Below the pieces are notes generated by a model that was not told the origin of the DNA, did no database searches, and worked only from the letters and a program-made list of their open reading frames with translations. A stretch of DNA of 64,000 bases from Balamuthia mandrillaris (Eukaryota): assembly GCA_031835245.2 (NCBI GenBank), contig JAVKOQ020000011.1:1-64000 (forward strand). Direction: 5' to 3'. The position numbers and the translations under genes were made by a program. This document shows positions 60,699-64,000 of the stretch, one piece after another; positions within the stretch are counted from its first letter, which is position 1; each line of letters begins with the position of its first letter.

Positions 60699-61378
60699 AT
60701 GCCACATGATGTCGACAGAAGAAACAAGAAGAAAGGAAAAGAGATGAGGCGCTCCTCCTTGTCGGCTTCCACACAGGGCTTGCAGCAGGCGCATGTAACG
60801 CAGCTCAAAAAGATCTTTGCCACAGCATGGAACAGGCGGTCAAGCCCTCAGGTCTGGGCCCTGGCGACCCAGCAATATCTAAAAGGCGTCGGACATGCTT
60901 CCTCCCAACGCTCCTTATCTCACTCTCTTTGTGGTACTTGTGATCCCCTCACGCTCTTTTTTTAATGTCTCCACCTCAACTATTTTTTTCAGACTTTATA
61001 CTGCAACAATGTTCGGTTGGACCAGTGCCCTCGCCTTTGCTCCTTTCGTACCTCGAACAAGCGCTCCAGATGTCTCTCATCCCTGTCTACCGATTTTTTC
61101 ACACTCTCTGTGACGTCGCCTCGCCCTCTCGCCCTCTTCAATATGCCGCGTTCCTCACTCTCATCAGACGCTATTTGCCACACGTCCGTCTCTCTTCTTC
61201 CTCCTCGAAACGAGAGGCATTGACCATGTCGAAAGAGGCAAGCGAGGCCGAGGGGAGTACTCTGGAGGTGGTCCTGCGGGTTGCTCACACGTTGCTTCGT
61301 GCCGTTGCTGACCTGTTTCATGACCTTCAACAACAACATCCGAAGCGTGAAGAACCGTTCGTTTTTCTTCTTTTCTGT

Positions 61379-61447
<69 letters not shown>

Positions 61448-64000
61448 GCCGCTTCGCTACTTCTCTCATTGCATCGTCCTCCTCTCTCACACTATTTCCT
61501 CTTGCTTATGTGGTAATAGTGACGGGACCCACCATATGGAAGGCGAAGAAAGCGACGAGGAAGAGGGCTCACAAAGAGCACAGGCCACCAACAACCTTAT
61601 CACTAGCATCCGCACTTTAACCGACCTATTCACCAATCCCCGTTCCTTAGCTTTCCTCCTTGCCGCCAAAGCTCGCTCTCCTGATCAATGGCAGCCCTTC
61701 TTTCAACTATGTCAGAGCCTTTATTCCTCTTTCTCCTCCTCCTGCTCTTCCTCTTGCTCCTCCTCCTTTTCCACAGAGAGGAAGAGAGAACTTCGACACA
61801 TGTTACAGCCGTTGTGGAAGGGCCTTCAACTTGTGTTGAACCCAAACGTATGGGTCGGTCGTACAATTCGAGCTCCCTTATGCAAGAGCCTCTACGCCAC
61901 TCTTGCTCCCTACAACTCCAATGCCTACAACCGGTCGTGGCTGGCCCTCACTTTCCTTCTTCACGAGGAGATTCACTCCGCTAAGGTCTTTCGCGGCGCA
62001 CAGAGAACGGTGGTACGGTTGAAGAAGCTAAAGGAGCTGCGTGGCCTCAATTGGTATCCCTTTCTGTGCGAGCTGTGGGCTGCCAGCCTTCGCCTTCACC
62101 GCTTTGCTTCATATCCATCACGCGAGTATGATCTCACGAGAAACTTCTTGTTGGTGAAGGTACAGTTTTCGCTCGTCTATGAACATTCCCATTTTATTTC
62201 TTGTGTTTCGTTCACTCGTTGATTCTTCGTTCCTGTTCTTCTGCCCCTCTCGGCATGCAGCTGCCTTTATTGCTTAAACATTGGAAGGAAGAGATGGAAG
62301 CCGAGAGAACCTTCCTGGACAAGAAACTACTACGTCATCATAACGCAATAGAACTCAGCCTCGTCCATTTGACCCAATTTCCATTGTTATTTTCTCAACG
62401 ACAGCAACACTCCGCTTCAGATGAAAAAGGAGAACAAACCGAATGGAGGCCCCCCCTTTCCAACTCCTCGGCGGATCTTTGGCAAGAGATGGTGGAGGCT
62501 TGCTCCAATCAGGAACTCGTCTCTAAAGCCTCTATTTATGCCCTGTTGGATGGTCGCCATCCGCCCAAGAGCTTGGATTCGGTGCCTGAAGAAAACGTTC
62601 AGGAAGAAGCAGAAGCGAAGATAGTGGCAGACATAACATTTGAAACCGATCGAGTGGACTCATCAACAAACAAACTGATGGTTCAAGAAGAAATGGAGAA
62701 TCTTATCGAAGGACTTTATGTTTCTCAGCATCAAGAAGATGAAGAACAACGGCTAAGTTCTGTTGTGGCACTCGTAACAGACTTAACGGGTGGAGCCCTG
62801 TTCCTACAAGAATGGCTGGTGGATCGCCTTCTTAAGATGACAACTCCCAATCCCACACTCTATCAACTTTCTGAAGAAGTGCAGAACGAAAGGGACAAGC
62901 AAGCAGCTTCAATTCCCTCAGCAACGGCTGTTTCTCTCATCTTTTCTGCCCTGACCCAGGAGACAGCTCTTGGAGTCTTTCATCAGCACGGAAAACTCCC
63001 AGCCCTTGCCTCCAATGCGTTCCTGTACTGCGACATTTGGGGTTTGTTCCTTTCTTCATCATCTTGTTATTTTCCTTGGTTGGTTTGCTTACGACTCGCT
63101 TACCATGGTTTTCGTGTTTGTAGGAAGCAAGACTGTGGACATGGAACCTCGCAAGCAACATCGGTTGTTTTCTAGGGCTTTCCTTCTACTAGTGTCTATC
63201 TTGGAGAATTTTGAAGTCCGCTCTATCTCCGAAAATCAATCGAAAGTACATCGAACTGACGGCTTTCGCTTCTTAATCAGCAAGTACCATACTTCAAAAC
63301 AAATGAAAACAGGATCTCATGTAGTCAAAGAAGAGAAAATGGAAGAGGAGGAGGTAGAAACAGAAACGGAGGAGGGAGGAGAATCCAAGACCCCCAACAT
63401 ATTGTCTTGGTACAGAGGATATCTCTTTGAGGTGTTACCGTGGCACAACAGCCTTTGTCAGGAGCCCACCTCAACCATCCCCGTCGTTGGAGACAAAATT
63501 CTTCTCTCTCTTCTCTCCTCAGCAGCTTCAACAGATACTTCTGAGCAAGACGCAAGTTTAGGAGGAGACAACCTACCCTCAGCCACACAATCGCCCCTTG
63601 CCTTCACCGACAACAGTAATAATGCCGAGGACACGCTGAATCAACACAACCCGTTGGAACTCATAGAGAGCCTTCCATATGTGTTGCACCAACTGGCCAT
63701 AGCCTCTGTACACAGCGTTATTCCATTGTCTCGCACTACGAGGGTGTTAACGCAACTGGTGGATGCGTTGCCCTATGCCTATGCGCTTTTTATTCTTTGG
63801 TTCAACCGTCAATTCTTTATGGGCAGTGGCAGGATTGGAACTTCTCCTCATTCTCGGTATTCTTCTCCTTCTCTCGTTCATGGAATCTTGTCTATGTTAA
63901 CTTTCGGTTTTAAAAATTTGTCAACATTGTCGGTAGCCTTGAAACGCCTCCTCCTTCACCAGCCAGCACGCTAACCATTCTGAGCACATTCCTGCAAGCT
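60699..64000 (+). CDS. Mediator tail subunit Med5/Med24/Med33-like, multi-exon, continues beyond the window
   Basis: AWNRRSSPQVW, LQQCSVGPVPSPLLLSYLEQAL (cf. PNPLxLSYL), ELWAASL, FLLVKLPLLL, LFSRAFLLL. Confidence 0.65.

Overview
Intron-rich eukaryotic genomic DNA with microsatellite-filled introns. The gene set (Dictyostelium-type STAT, presenilin, AP-4 mu, Med5/24/33-like) suggests an amoebozoan protist; that assignment is inference. Two gene-dense host blocks (~12.1-39.7 kb and ~48.5-64 kb) alternate with two decayed mobile-DNA blocks. Block 1 (1-11.9 kb) holds a tyrosine recombinase running off the left edge (mostly missed by the ORF track), unknown ORFs, a DDE-type transposase, a hairpin array and a Harbinger-like DDE_Tnp_4 remnant, and it ends in an interstitial (TTAGGG)n tract. 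Block 2 (39.8-48.1 kb) holds a Sola/DUF7869-like transposase pseudogene, tRNA-Glu with a partial tandem duplicate, and TIR elements. The stand-out is an intact, intronless Fanzor2/TnpB-like RNA-guided nuclease gene (27989-29746). It has all three RuvC acidic residues, an unusual N-terminal C2H2 zinc finger, a structured putative omegaRNA directly downstream and duplicated flanking sequence. Also notable are an FG/RanBP2-ZnF/GLEBS/BTB nucleoporin-like chimera and a recurring in-frame TGA (likely CGA>TGA) decay signature in the old mobile elements. Exon boundaries of multi-exon genes were read by eye and are approximate.
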